NCBI GenBank assembly: GCA_026390345.1
Contig: JAPLGD010000068.1
Span: 24,078 to 88,077 of the forward strand
DNA length: 64,000 nucleotides
Reading direction: 5' to 3'
Source of the DNA: Candidatus Bipolaricaulota bacterium
GTDB lineage: Bacteria; Bipolaricaulota; Bipolaricaulia; UBA7950; UBA9294
Below, one piece after another: positions 1-9,690 of this stretch. Under the pieces are notes generated by a model that was not told the DNA's origin, made no database searches, and worked only from the letters and a program-made list of their open reading frames with translations. The position numbers and the translations under genes are program-made. The stretch's first letter is position 1, and each line of letters begins with the position of its first letter.

Positions 1-582
1 CCGACGGCCGAACTCGGTCCCGATTTCGCTCTCGATGAGGGAACCACGGTTCGCCTGACCCCCGTCGTCGCCGATCCCGAGTGCGACAACCTGACCTACT
101 GCTGGACCGTGACGGCCGGCACGCTCGTCGGAGCGAACGACGCGACCCCGACGTTCACGGCCCCCATGACGAACGACTGCGCGGGGACTTCGCTGGTCAT
201 CACGCTGACAGTGACGGACCCGTGCGGGCTCCAGGCCAAGGACTCGGTCACCGTCCACGTGCGCAACGTCAACGGCGCGCCGACGGTTGAGTTGGGAGAT
301 CCGGTCTGCCTGATGGAAGGAGCGCCGCTCCATCTCATCCCCACGGTCTCCGATCCGGATGGCGACCCGCTCATCTACGCGTGGTGCGTCTCGGCGGGTA
401 AGCTTGACAGCTCCTGCGCCGGGGCACCGGTCTTCATCGCCCCCGTCGTCAAGGACTGCACGGGCATGGACGTCACCGTGACCCTCGTGGTCACCGATCC
501 TTGCGGGCTCACGGCCACGGACACGCTCGTTCTGCACATCGGCAACGTCAACACGCCGCCCACGGTGACGGCGGATCCGTAG
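1..582 (+). CDS. PKD/Ig-like repeat protein, C-terminal part (5' end outside window)
   Basis: Frame open from base 1 (PTAELGPDF...). Two ~92-aa repeats with DPxxDxLxYxW and LxVTDPCG motifs typical of PKD-like domains. Confidence 0.8.
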   Translation, partial: PTAELGPDFALDEGTTVRLTPVVADPECDNLTYCWTVTAGTLVGANDATPTFTAPMTNDCAGTSLVITLTVTDPCGLQAKDSVTVHVRNVNGAPTVELGDPVCLMEGAPLHLIPTVSDPDGDPLIYAWCVSAGKLDSSCAGAPVFIAPVVKDCTGMDVTVTLVVTDPCGLTATDTLVLHIGNVNTPPTVTADP

Positions 583-615
583 CCAAGAACGCGCCATCCT
601 TAGAGCGGACCTAAC

Positions 616-652
616 GATCTGCTCCGCCCCTCACAAAGGGGCGGAGCAGATC
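616..652. terminator. Perfect 16-bp hairpin between convergent genes, probable terminator
   Basis: GATCTGCTCCGCCCCT-cacaa-AGGGGCGGAGCAGATC, followed by CTCTTTCT on +; overlaps the DUF501 stop codon. Confidence 0.65.
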
Positions 653-1164
653 CTCTTTCTCGCCTCGCACTCGAGCGCCCCAAGATCCGCAAGAACACGC
701 GCCCCGATCGGGTTCTCGCCCGCGAGGGCATGGGCGACGTGAAGGTGGAGGCACTTGACGCACCGGAGGTCGGCGACGCCGCCGATCCCTCGGTCGAGAA
801 GCCCGCGCAGCATCCCGCGCGCTGCCAGGGTCGCCCGGTCCTCAGCTGACAGGCGTGCCGCTCGGAGCTCGATGTAGACGCGGTGCGCCCTCTCGAAGTC
901 CGCGCGAAGCCGGTCGTCCCGCCGCACGTCGTCCTCCAGGCGGGCCACCCATCCGGCGGACTCCACAGCAGACACTGCGCGCCGCAGGTGTGGGCACGTG
1001 AGCCAGTAGAGGGTTGGGAACGGAGCCCCGTCGACCACGGGGTGAACCACGACGACCTGAGGACAACCGAACCGACAGCGGCGAGCGATCCCATCGACGC
1101 CGCGCGGAGCACGGCCGATCTGGCGCCGGACGACGAGGAGGTCGTCTACTCTCGCCAGGTCCAC
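631..1164 (-). CDS. DUF501 family protein
   Basis: RQIGRxPRG, CxxGxPxV, PFPTLYWLTCP, GIGG and VKCLHxHxAH motifs. GTG start at 1164 with GAGGA upstream. Confidence 0.85.
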   Translation of the reverse strand: MDLARVDDLLVVRRQIGRAPRGVDGIARRCRFGCPQVVVVHPVVDGAPFPTLYWLTCPHLRRAVSAVESAGWVARLEDDVRRDDRLRADFERAHRVYIELRAARLSAEDRATLAARGMLRGLLDRGIGGVADLRCVKCLHLHVAHALAGENPIGARVLADLGALECEARKRICSAPL

Positions 1165-1886
1165 GTCGGATCCTCGTACCGCCCCAGGCGGAGGGTCTCC
1201 GCCCGCTCGACTTCCTCCGCGGTCAGTCCATCTCCGCCGTCCGGATCGCCGAGGACGCGAGTCAGAGCCGAACCCAGCGCGGCCGCGGCCTCTTGCGGAC
1301 CGACTCGACGACCCAGGAGCTCCGAGAGCGTCGTCGTGGGCCTCGGCCGCGAAGGGATCTGCGTCGGAGCGTAGCCTGCCCGCAGCGCGCGCAGGTAGCG
1401 CTCCATCGGGACGGCGTCCGGCTCGAGGAGCAACGTGCAGTGGTAGAGGACCGCGCGGCCTCGCCTCGCTTGGGCCGCGCCGGACAGCTTGCCGAGACGG
1501 CTCACGACCGCGGTCCCCTCCGCGCGCGCATCGGCTCCCATCCCGCAGACCGCACCGGCGACGCACGCGCCGAGGCGCTCGAACGCTTCTTCGACTCCTC
1601 CGGCGGCCTCGCTCGGGACGACCACGGAAACGTTCAGGTTGCCGGGGTAGTGAAGGACGGCGCCCCCGCCCGAGGCGCGTCGCACGACAGGGACGCCCGC
1701 TCGCTCGACGGCCGCGAGATCGACCTCGTCCGCAACCCGCTGGGACCGCCCAATCACGACGGCTCGATCCCCGATCCAGAAGCGGAGGATCGGCTCGCCG
1801 CCGCCGCGCACTGATTCTAGGAGGGCCTCGTCCAACGCCAGCCCGCGGCTTGCGGGCTCCGGCAAGAGGTCTATCCGCCGCCTCAT
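1146..1886 (-). CDS. Lipoate-protein ligase A family protein (catalytic domain only)
   Basis: LALDEALL, VVIGRSQ, RRASGGGAVLH, KLSGAAQ, LYHCTLL motifs. ATG overlaps the lipA stop. Confidence 0.85.
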   Translation of the reverse strand: MRRRIDLLPEPASRGLALDEALLESVRGGGEPILRFWIGDRAVVIGRSQRVADEVDLAAVERAGVPVVRRASGGGAVLHYPGNLNVSVVVPSEAAGGVEEAFERLGACVAGAVCGMGADARAEGTAVVSRLGKLSGAAQARRGRAVLYHCTLLLEPDAVPMERYLRALRAGYAPTQIPSRPRPTTTLSELLGRRVGPQEAAAALGSALTRVLGDPDGGDGLTAEEVERAETLRLGRYEDPTWTWRE

Positions 1887-2749
1887 CGGGCTCCGTACAC
1901 AACCTGGGCGTGGTACGAGCTTCGAACCAGGGGTCCCGCGATGACCCACGAGAACCCGATCTCCCTCGCCTCGCCCTCGATCTCTCGGAACTCCTCCGGC
2001 GGCACGTACCGACGAAGCGGCGCCGACGACGAGGTCGGGGGAAGGTACTGGCCGATCGTCACCCAGCTGGTCCCCGCTTCGTGCAGGTCCCCGAGCGCTT
2101 CGCGGATCTCGCTGCGCCGCTCTCCCAGTCCCAGCATGAGACCGCTCTTGATCGCCCTCCCCCTCGCCCCCGTGCGAAGGAACTGAAGGACGTCGAGCGA
2201 TTGCTGGTACGACGCCCGGCGGTCGCGGAGCGCGGGCGTCAACCGCGCCACGGTCTCGAGGTTGTGCCCCAGGATGTCGGCTTCGCACGCCATCACGCGA
2301 AGCAGCCATCGCGGGTCGCCGGAGAAGTCCGGAAGCAGGAGCTCGACCACGCTTCCCGGCGATGCCCGCTTGATTTCGAGCACCGTCTCGACGAACGCGG
2401 CGGCTCCTCCGTCGGGGAGGTCGTCCCGATCCACCGACGTGAGAACGACGTGCTGCAGTTTGAGGTCCCGCACCGCCGCGCCGACTCGCGCCGGCTCGCC
2501 TCGGTCGAGGGCGCCTTCCGGACTCCCCGTCTTGACCGCGCAGAACCTGCACCCGCGCGTACAGATGTCGCCCAGGATCATGAACGTCGCCGTCCCCGCG
2601 CTCCAACACTCAACCGCGTTCGGGCACAGGGCGCCCTGGCAGATCGTCCTGAGTCGGTGTTGGGCCAGGACCTGCCGCACGACGCGCATCCTCTCGGCCG
2701 CCGCCGGCGTTGGAACGTGGACCTTCAGCCACTCCGGTCGTTCAGGCAC
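1883..2749 (-). CDS. lipA: Lipoyl synthase
   Basis: PEWLK, CX4CX5C (CQGALCPNAVEC), radical SAM CTRGCRFC and C-terminal RSSY. GTG start at 2749. Confidence 0.95.
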   Translation of the reverse strand: MPERPEWLKVHVPTPAAAERMRVVRQVLAQHRLRTICQGALCPNAVECWSAGTATFMILGDICTRGCRFCAVKTGSPEGALDRGEPARVGAAVRDLKLQHVVLTSVDRDDLPDGGAAAFVETVLEIKRASPGSVVELLLPDFSGDPRWLLRVMACEADILGHNLETVARLTPALRDRRASYQQSLDVLQFLRTGARGRAIKSGLMLGLGERRSEIREALGDLHEAGTSWVTIGQYLPPTSSSAPLRRYVPPEEFREIEGEAREIGFSWVIAGPLVRSSYHAQVVYGAR

Positions 2750-3449
2750 AGACCCGCTCCTCAAGATCCGCGAGCGCGCGGCGTTCGAGTCGCCAGTCGA
2801 GCAGGCGAGCGAGGTTGGCCGCAAAGGCCTCCTCGACCTCTCCCACGCCGATCGGCCGCGCCAGGAGCTCGCTCATCGACACCGTCTTCACCGGAAGACC
2901 GCACGGGTTGATCATCCCGAAGTGAGCTGGGTCGACGTTCACGTTCAGCGCGAGACCGTGGCGCGTCACCCATTCCTTCACGTAGATGCCGACCGAGGCG
3001 ATCTTCCCCTCCTGTACCCACACGCCCGGGAATCCCGCACGTGGTCCGGCGTCGATGCCAAACCCGCGAAGCGTGTCGATCGCCGCGCCCTCCAGCGTCC
3101 CCACGTAGCGCTTCACGTCTCGCCCGTGGCACCGCAAATCGACGATCGGGTAGGCGACCAGCTGCCCGGGGCCGTGGTACGTCATGTCCCCGCCGCGCTC
3201 CACGTCAATCACGGGGATCGCCGCGCGGTCGACGTCCTCGGCCGAGACGAGGTACTCCACTGGCCCGGCGCTGCGCCCCCGCGTGAAGACCGGGTCGTGC
3301 TCGACCGTAAGAAGGACGTCGGGGAGTCCTCCCTCGACGCGGAGGGCATGCACGCGACGCTGAATCCCGAGAGCCCGGCCGTACTCCATTCGCCCGAGCG
3401 GCACATGGAACGCGGTCTCACTCTGTCGTGATGTCGCCGAGTCGGTCAC
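2742..3449 (-). CDS. lipB: Octanoyltransferase
   Basis: EHDPVFTRG, RGGDMTYHGPGQLVAYP, KIASVG, HGLALNV, NPCG. Start uncertain (GTG 3449 or ATG 3389). Confidence 0.92.
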   Translation of the reverse strand: MTDSATSRQSETAFHVPLGRMEYGRALGIQRRVHALRVEGGLPDVLLTVEHDPVFTRGRSAGPVEYLVSAEDVDRAAIPVIDVERGGDMTYHGPGQLVAYPIVDLRCHGRDVKRYVGTLEGAAIDTLRGFGIDAGPRAGFPGVWVQEGKIASVGIYVKEWVTRHGLALNVNVDPAHFGMINPCGLPVKTVSMSELLARPIGVGEVEEAFAANLARLLDWRLERRALADLEERVCA

Positions 3450-3663
3450 CGACCTGCACCCGCTTCCCTTCCTCCGCCGCGATGCTCGCCAAGCGCCCCG
3501 ACGCGGGAGCCGGCACCACGAACGTCGTCTTCTCGGTCTCGACCTCGAGGAGGTCATCGCCCTCCTGCACCGCGTCGCCGACACCTCGGAGCCACCCGAC
3601 CACGACCGCGCCCTCGATCTCGCCGAGATCGGGAAGGAGAACCTCCGTCGTCGCCCGCTTCAT
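3418..3663 (-). CDS. Stand-alone lipoyl-carrier domain protein
   Basis: 81 aa, LPDLGE...GDxVxEGDxLxEVETEK...APASG, the E2-type lipoyl domain with an acceptor Lys. AAAGGA RBS. Confidence 0.88.
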   Translation of the reverse strand: MKRATTEVLLPDLGEIEGAVVVGWLRGVGDAVQEGDDLLEVETEKTTFVVPAPASGRLASIAAEEGKRVQVGDRLGDITTE

Positions 3664-3759
3664 GTCGCCGTCCTTTCGCGCGGAGTCTAGCCGATCCTCC
3701 TCCCACGGTCATCTTGTCATCCCGCGGCCTCGCTCCTATAGTTGCCGCGAGGTGATCGC

Positions 3760-4848
3760 ATGGGCTTCGCGTGTGGTCTGGTCGGGCTTCCCAACGCAGG
3801 GAAGTCGACGATCTTCAACGCGCTGGCCAACGCCGGCGCACGCGTCGAGTGCTACCCCTTCTGCACCATCGAAGCCAACGTCGGTTCGGCCGCCGTCCCC
3901 GACACGCGCCTCGATCGGCTCGCCACGCTCTTCCCGGAGAAGAAGAAGGTGCCGACCCACCTCGACGTCATCGACATCGCGGGCCTCGTCCAAGGGGCCA
4001 GCGAGGGAGAGGGAATGGGAAACCAGTTCCTCTCCGAGATCCGAGTCGTCGACGCGATCCTTCACATCGTTCGTTGCTTCGAAGATCCGAACGTCGCCCA
4101 CGTGACGGGATCGATCGACCCTCTGCGGGACATCGGGATCGTCGAGACGGAGCTCCTGCTCAAGGATCACGAGACCCTGAGCCGTGTCGCCGCGCGTCTC
4201 CACGGGGAGTCCCGAGGCCCCGATCGACACGCGCCCGCCCGCGAGGCGGCCTGGAACGTGCTCGTCGAACAGGTCGCCAGGGGACATCCCGTGCGATCCG
4301 TCCCCATCGCACACGAGATTGCCGACCTCGTCCGGGAAACGTCGCCTCTCACGGCAAAGCCGTGCTTGTTCGTCGCCAACGTTGACGACGGCGGAGAGAA
4401 CGAGTACTCCCGGGCCGTGTTCGCCGCCGCGCGCGAACGAGGGGCCGAGGCCGTCATGCTGCGAGGGCGCCTCGAGGCCGAGATCGGCGAGGCCTGCTCG
4501 ACGCCCGAGGAGCGCGCCGCGTACCTAGGCGAGTACGGTCTCTCCGAGACCGGACTCACCGCCCTTGTCCGCGCCGGGTACCGTCTCCTCAACCTCATCA
4601 CGTTCTTCACCGTCGAGGGCCCCGAGGTCCGCGCCTGGACCGTTCCGGTCGGAACGACCGCGCGTGCCGCGGGCGGCAAGATCCACTCCGACTTCGCCGA
4701 TCGGTTCGTCGTGGCCGAAGTGATGACCCTCGACGACCTTCTCCGCACCGGCTCCGAGAAGGTGCTCCGAGACGCAGGGAAGATCCGACGTGCAGGGCAC
4801 GACGCGCTCATCGCCGATGGGGAAGTCGTCCACTTCGTGTGCGCATGA
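3760..4848 (+). CDS. ychF: Redox-regulated ATPase YchF
   Basis: GLVGLPNAGKST, YPFCTIEAN, DIAGLVQGASEGEGMGNQFL, LITFFT, AAGGKIHSDF. GAGGTGA RBS. Confidence 0.95.
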   Translation: MGFACGLVGLPNAGKSTIFNALANAGARVECYPFCTIEANVGSAAVPDTRLDRLATLFPEKKKVPTHLDVIDIAGLVQGASEGEGMGNQFLSEIRVVDAILHIVRCFEDPNVAHVTGSIDPLRDIGIVETELLLKDHETLSRVAARLHGESRGPDRHAPAREAAWNVLVEQVARGHPVRSVPIAHEIADLVRETSPLTAKPCLFVANVDDGGENEYSRAVFAAARERGAEAVMLRGRLEAEIGEACSTPEERAAYLGEYGLSETGLTALVRAGYRLLNLITFFTVEGPEVRAWTVPVGTTARAAGGKIHSDFADRFVVAEVMTLDDLLRTGSEKVLRDAGKIRRAGHDALIADGEVVHFVCA

Positions 4849-5462
4849 TTCCCACGGTGCTTGCGTACGACGACCCGCGCGTTCCCGGTCTCGTGGTCGA
4901 GGCCCTCGAGACCGGGCTCACGCTCGTCTTCCCGACGGACACGATCTACGGAATCGGGGGAAACCCGTGGGATGAGGCTGTGCTGCAACAGGTGCGCCGC
5001 CTCAAGGGGCGTGATTCCGAACAGCCGTTCACGCTTCACCTCGGCTCAGTAGACGCCGTGGAGGCATTCGCCGTCCTCACCGATCGTCAACGGGCGTCCG
5101 TCCGATCGCTCGTCCCCGGACCCTACACCCTTCTCCTCGCGGCTCGGTCCGACGCCCCAACCTCGGCCGTCCAGAACGGCACCGTTGGAATCCGAGTCCC
5201 CGACCATCCGTTCTTCGCGCGCATCATGGCGACGCTCGGCCGTCCGCTCTTCGGGACGAGCGTGAACCCGCACGGCCTTCCGCCACTCTCGGACGTGAAC
5301 GAGATCATCGACCGGTTCCCGTCGATCGACATCATCTTGACGGGGCCCATCGGCGGCCGTCCCTCCGACATCATCGACATGACCGCCGACCCGCCGCGCG
5401 CTGTTCGCGGAACCCTCCCGCCCCAGCTCGCCGCGTCGGGCGACAAGTCCGGCACGGGCTAG
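4845..5462 (+). CDS. tsaC: L-threonylcarbamoyladenylate synthase (Sua5/YrdC)
   Basis: FPTDTIYGIG, KGR, PGPYTLLL, GIRVPDH, TSVN motifs. Confidence 0.9.
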   Translation: MIPTVLAYDDPRVPGLVVEALETGLTLVFPTDTIYGIGGNPWDEAVLQQVRRLKGRDSEQPFTLHLGSVDAVEAFAVLTDRQRASVRSLVPGPYTLLLAARSDAPTSAVQNGTVGIRVPDHPFFARIMATLGRPLFGTSVNPHGLPPLSDVNEIIDRFPSIDIILTGPIGGRPSDIIDMTADPPRAVRGTLPPQLAASGDKSGTG

Positions 5463-6367
5463 ACGAGGAACAACGCCGCCACTCCGGCCACCGTCAGCGC
5501 CGTTCCCACGTAGGCTCGCCATGTCGGCCGTTCGCCGAACGCAAGGGGCGACACCGGGAGGAGGAAGACGGGGGTGACGGCCATCAGGGTTGACGCCACG
5601 CCGACGGAGGCGTTGGCCAGTGCCACGAGGGAGAAGGTTACGCCGAGGAACGGCCCGAACACCGAGCCCACGCCCGTCGCAACCGCCGCCCGCCGATCGC
5701 GGAGCGCTTCGAAGGTTCTTGCCCAGCCGCGATTCCGGCCCGCGACGGCCCAGGCGGCGACCGTTGCCGCCAGGATCTGGATGAGATTCGTGGACACGGG
5801 CGGGAACCCGCCACGCATCCCTTCGACGGACAGCAGGTACCGGGTCGCCTGAGCGACGACCGCTCCAAGAGCGAACAGGAGGCCGAGCTTGAGGCTCCCC
5901 TTGGCTGTGCCGGGCTTGGCGTCGGTCCGTCGCCCCGCCAAGACGAGGAGAGTCCCGCCCACGACTCCCGCGCTCGCCACGACCTCCGTCCAGCCCAAGC
6001 GTTCGCCGAACGCGGCCCAGGCGAGGAGCGTGCTCACGACGGGGACGAGCGCCGCAAGCATCGAAGTCCGGTGGGCGCCAAGATGGAACAGGGCGCGGTA
6101 CAGAAACGCGTCGCCGATCGCGAACCCGATCACCCCGGAGAGCGACAGCCACAGCCAGCGGCTCGGCTCGGCCTCCAGCGGGATGAGTGTCCCTGTGAGG
6201 ATGAGGTGTGTAGCGACGAGGAGAACGAGGGCGAACAACAGCCGCAGCCGGTTCAGCGCGTCGGCGCCGATTCGGCGCACGGCGAGCGTGAACGCCGTGT
6301 AGCTCCCGGTCCACAGCGCCGCGGTCCCGAGCGCCGCGAGCGCACCCAAGCGGTCAGGCGAGATCAT
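5459..6367 (-). CDS. EamA/DMT family transporter
   Basis: About 10 hydrophobic segments, SGVIGFAIGDxF, GERL repeated twice. Confidence 0.85.
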   Translation of the reverse strand: MISPDRLGALAALGTAALWTGSYTAFTLAVRRIGADALNRLRLLFALVLLVATHLILTGTLIPLEAEPSRWLWLSLSGVIGFAIGDAFLYRALFHLGAHRTSMLAALVPVVSTLLAWAAFGERLGWTEVVASAGVVGGTLLVLAGRRTDAKPGTAKGSLKLGLLFALGAVVAQATRYLLSVEGMRGGFPPVSTNLIQILAATVAAWAVAGRNRGWARTFEALRDRRAAVATGVGSVFGPFLGVTFSLVALANASVGVASTLMAVTPVFLLPVSPLAFGERPTWRAYVGTALTVAGVAALFLV

Positions 6368-6370
6368 GAC

Positions 6371-7753
6371 CTACTTCCGGGGAACGATCTCGAATCGAGC
6401 GACGAAGTGGCGGAGCGGGCCTTCCCCCTCAACGATCTTGTACCCCGGGAGCGACTTCGCCTTGCGGGCGACTGCCTCGCCCCCTCGGATCACGGCGTCG
6501 AAGTGCGTCCTGGTGTACATCCGCCGCGGGATGGCGAGGCGCACCATCTCGAGGCGCGGATACACGGTGCGCCCCTCCGCATCGGGATGAGCGAACATCA
6601 CGCTCCCGATCTCGACGCCTCGCACGCCGGCCTCGAGGTAGAACGCGTTCGTCACGGCAAGAGCGGGGAACGCCGCCTGCGGGAATCCCGGAAGCAGTCC
6701 CAGGGCGTCGATGTAGACCGCGTGGCCGCCGATCGGCTCGATGATTGGAACTCCTCGGTCCTTGAGGCCCTCACCCAAGTAGCGGGCCTGTCCGACCCGG
6801 TCGGCGAGGTACGCCGGATCGAGCGCCTCGCGGAGACCGACGGCGATCGATTCCAGATCCCGCCCCGCAAGGCCCCCGTACGTCGGGAACCCTTCCATCA
6901 GGATGAGCCGCTCCCGCGCCGCCTCGAACAGGTCGCGATCGTTCATCGCGAGGATCCCACCGATGTTCGCCAGCCCATCTTTCTTGGCGCTCATCGTCAT
7001 GCCGTCGGCAAGCGAGAAGATCTCCCGCGCGATCTCGAGCGGCGTCTTGTCCGCGTACCCCGGCTCCCGCTCGCGGATGAAGAAGATGTTCTCTGCGAAT
7101 CGGCACGCGTCGATGAAGAGAAGCAGCCCGTGTCGGTGGGCGATTTGGCTCACCTCGCGCAGGTTCTCGAGCGACACGGGTTGGCCGCCGGCGCTGTTGT
7201 TCGTGATGGTCATCATCACGAACGGGATGCGCTCCGTGCCCACCTCAGCGATCAGCTTCTCCAGTTTCGCCGGATCGAGATTCCCCTTGAACGGGTGCAG
7301 CGTGCGCGGCTCGTAGGCAACGTCGATCGGCAGGTCCACCGGATCGCCGCCGTTCGCGAGGAGGTTCGCCCGCGTCGTGTCGAAGTGCATGTTGTTCGGA
7401 ACGACGTGCCCGGGCCTCACGACGGCCGAGAAGAGCACGTTCTCCGCCGCTCGTCCCTGGTGCGTGGGAAGGACGTAGCGGAAGCCGAAGATGTCGTCGA
7501 CGGCGGCGCGGAATCGGTCGTAGCTCCGGCTGCCGGCGTACGACTCGTCCCCGCGCATCATCGCCGCCCATTGGTCCTGACTGAGCGCCCCCGTCCCGGA
7601 GTCGGTCAGGAGGTCGACGTACACGTCGTCGGCACGCAGGTTGAACACGTTGTAGCCCGCCTCCACGAGGCGCGCTTCCCTCTCTCGAGGGGAAAGCAGG
7701 GTGATCGGTTCGACCACCTTGATGCGGTACGGCTGGTAGATCGCTTCGTCCAT
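6371..7753 (-). CDS. tnaA: Tryptophanase (beta-eliminating lyase)
   Basis: [26 protein letters not shown] Lys in MSAKKD. C-terminal LRHF (His, tryptophanase-type; tyrosine phenol-lyase has LRFF). Confidence 0.85.
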   Translation of the reverse strand: MDEAIYQPYRIKVVEPITLLSPREREARLVEAGYNVFNLRADDVYVDLLTDSGTGALSQDQWAAMMRGDESYAGSRSYDRFRAAVDDIFGFRYVLPTHQGRAAENVLFSAVVRPGHVVPNNMHFDTTRANLLANGGDPVDLPIDVAYEPRTLHPFKGNLDPAKLEKLIAEVGTERIPFVMMTITNNSAGGQPVSLENLREVSQIAHRHGLLLFIDACRFAENIFFIREREPGYADKTPLEIAREIFSLADGMTMSAKKDGLANIGGILAMNDRDLFEAARERLILMEGFPTYGGLAGRDLESIAVGLREALDPAYLADRVGQARYLGEGLKDRGVPIIEPIGGHAVYIDALGLLPGFPQAAFPALAVTNAFYLEAGVRGVEIGSVMFAHPDAEGRTVYPRLEMVRLAIPRRMYTRTHFDAVIRGGEAVARKAKSLPGYKIVEGEGPLRHFVARFEIVPRK

Positions 7754-7777
7754 CAGACTCGCCTTTCTTAGGGACCA

Positions 7778-7949
7778 CTTCACAAAGAACCCGTTCGTTC
7801 TGCGTCGGCGTTCTGTTCAGGCGCCACGGAACCGCGGACAGGGGATGTTCCGGCGCACGACCTCGAGAGGGTTCGACTTCCGCGTCACCCACCGTGGATT
7901 CGTCCGCATCGACACGGCCAACGTGAACCACCCCCGCGCGAAGAAGAGT
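7778..7949 (-). ncRNA. Candidate structured leader/ncRNA upstream of tnaA
   Basis: Nested long-range pairings (7803-7809/7917-7923, 7824-7829/7892-7897, 7833-7838/7879-7884), with TACCAT -10 at 7961-7956. Family not recognised. Confidence 0.35.
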
Positions 7950-8044
7950 CACAGAATGGTAGATGGGTGCCCCCGTCGCGGCAAGGCGATCGGTTGACTC
8001 TTCGCGCGTCCGCTTCGTAGAGTACGGAAGACGAGGGGGGCGGC

Positions 8045-8887
8045 GTGCGGGCGGAGATCGACAGGGCCATTGCGGCAGGTGAAGTCGAGGGACTCGTTCG
8101 TGCGCTCGCGGGTGAGCGCTCTTCCGGGATTCGTTTCGCGGCACGACGAGTCGTCGAGACGACGTCCCAGGACGGCGCGCTGCTCCAACGCACGGCGGAG
8201 CTGGCGCAGAGGCCCGAGGCGCCGGCGCGCCAGCTGGCCTCGATTCTCTGTGTGCACGCCCACGCCGACGCACCCGGTCCGGCGCTCGACCTCTTGTCTC
8301 GCCTCGTCGACGACGGGGAAGCTTCCGTGCGCGACATGGCCGCAGAGTCGGCCGGCCGACTCCTCGAGGCAGAGTTCGTTCACGTCTTGGCTCGAATCGA
8401 GCGGTGGCGAGACGATCCCTCTCCCAGCGTTCGACACGCCGTTCTTGTCGCCGTCACCGGCGCCGCACGTCGAGAGCGTCCCGAGCGGGCCGAGCCGCTC
8501 CTCCGCTTGATCGCCCCTCTCCTCACCGATCGTGATCCCCTCGTCCGCCGCGCGCTCGGCCCTTCGGCCGTCGCCGCCCTCCTGCAGCATTACCCGAGCC
8601 TCGCGTTCGAGCACCTGGTCCAGTGGTCGACGTCGAACGACGAGCAGGTGTTGTGGAACGTCGCCATGGCGTTCACGTCCCCCGCCGCGGCCGACGTCGC
8701 CAAGAAGGCGCTCATCGTGCTGCGGAAGCTGTCCCTCGACGAGCGCCGCTACGTCTGGCGCGCGGTGGCCACCGCCATGTGGAAGCTTGGACGGAAGAGG
8801 CCCGACGTCGTTCGTCCCGAGCTCGCACGTTGGCTCGAGGACGAGGAACGCGTCGACATCGCGCGAGCGGCGCTGACGTACCTCTAG
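8045..8887 (+). CDS. HEAT-repeat protein, DNA alkylation repair (AlkD-like) family
   Basis: Repeated LxxLxxDxxxxVRxxA units; DERRYVWRAVATAMWKLGRKRPD. Confidence 0.7.
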   Translation: MRAEIDRAIAAGEVEGLVRALAGERSSGIRFAARRVVETTSQDGALLQRTAELAQRPEAPARQLASILCVHAHADAPGPALDLLSRLVDDGEASVRDMAAESAGRLLEAEFVHVLARIERWRDDPSPSVRHAVLVAVTGAARRERPERAEPLLRLIAPLLTDRDPLVRRALGPSAVAALLQHYPSLAFEHLVQWSTSNDEQVLWNVAMAFTSPAAADVAKKALIVLRKLSLDERRYVWRAVATAMWKLGRKRPDVVRPELARWLEDEERVDIARAALTYL

Positions 8888-8927
8888 TCCTGCGCCGGCC
8901 TACGCCGGCGCCTATAATGCCGGCGCC

Positions 8928-9677
8928 ATGACCCAGAAGGACCGCAAACCCGGCGCGCTCGTGACCGGCAGCTCACGCGGCATCGGCGCCGCCATCGCGC
9001 GGCGCCTCGCCGAGCTCGGATACGGAGTGTGCATCAACTACGTCGCGTCGGAGGCCGCAGCCCACGACCAGGTACGCACGATCGAAGCGAAAGGCGGCCG
9101 CGCGGTCGCTGTCCAGGGCGACGTCGCGTCGTTCTCCGACGTGGAGCAGATGGTCAGGAAGACGGCCGAAGCCTTCGGCGGAATCCGCATTGTCGTCAAC
9201 AACGCCGGTTTTTCCGAGCACGCCACCGTCGAGGGGACAACGATCGACGCGTGGAATCGCGCCGTCGCCGTGAACCTGTCCTCCGCGTTCTACGCGGTGA
9301 AGGCAGCACTACCGTACCTGCGAAGCGAGCCGTGGGGGCGAATTGTCAACATCTGTTCGCTCCGCGCGATGACCGGCTCCGACCACGGCGCCCACTACGC
9401 CACGGCGAAGGCCGGGCTGATCGGGCTGACCAAGTCGCTCGCTCTGGAGCTGGCGCCCGCCATCACCGTCAACGCGGTCTCGCCGGGCTACACGCGAACG
9501 GACATGACGAGGGATTCCCTCGCTCGCCACGGCGAGGCAATCCTGGCGCGCATTCCGGCGCACCGCGCGGCGGAGCCGGAGGAAATCGCCGCCCTCGTCG
9601 CGTTCCTCGCCTCGGAAGATGCGGCCTATATCACCGGGGAAACGGTCAACGCCAACGGCGGCATCTACATGAGATAG
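8928..9677 (+). CDS. SDR family oxidoreductase (FabG-like)
   Basis: TGSSRGIG, NNAG, YATAK (YxxxK), VNAVSPG. Confidence 0.9.
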   Translation: MTQKDRKPGALVTGSSRGIGAAIARRLAELGYGVCINYVASEAAAHDQVRTIEAKGGRAVAVQGDVASFSDVEQMVRKTAEAFGGIRIVVNNAGFSEHATVEGTTIDAWNRAVAVNLSSAFYAVKAALPYLRSEPWGRIVNICSLRAMTGSDHGAHYATAKAGLIGLTKSLALELAPAITVNAVSPGYTRTDMTRDSLARHGEAILARIPAHRAAEPEEIAALVAFLASEDAAYITGETVNANGGIYMR

Positions 9678-9690
9678 GTGGTGAAGGCGC

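Noticed and set aside
7754..7783. TnaC-like leader peptide or T-box upstream of tnaA
   Set aside because: The only Trp codon nearby is in an in-frame GTG extension without an RBS, and no correctly placed T-box antiterminator was found.
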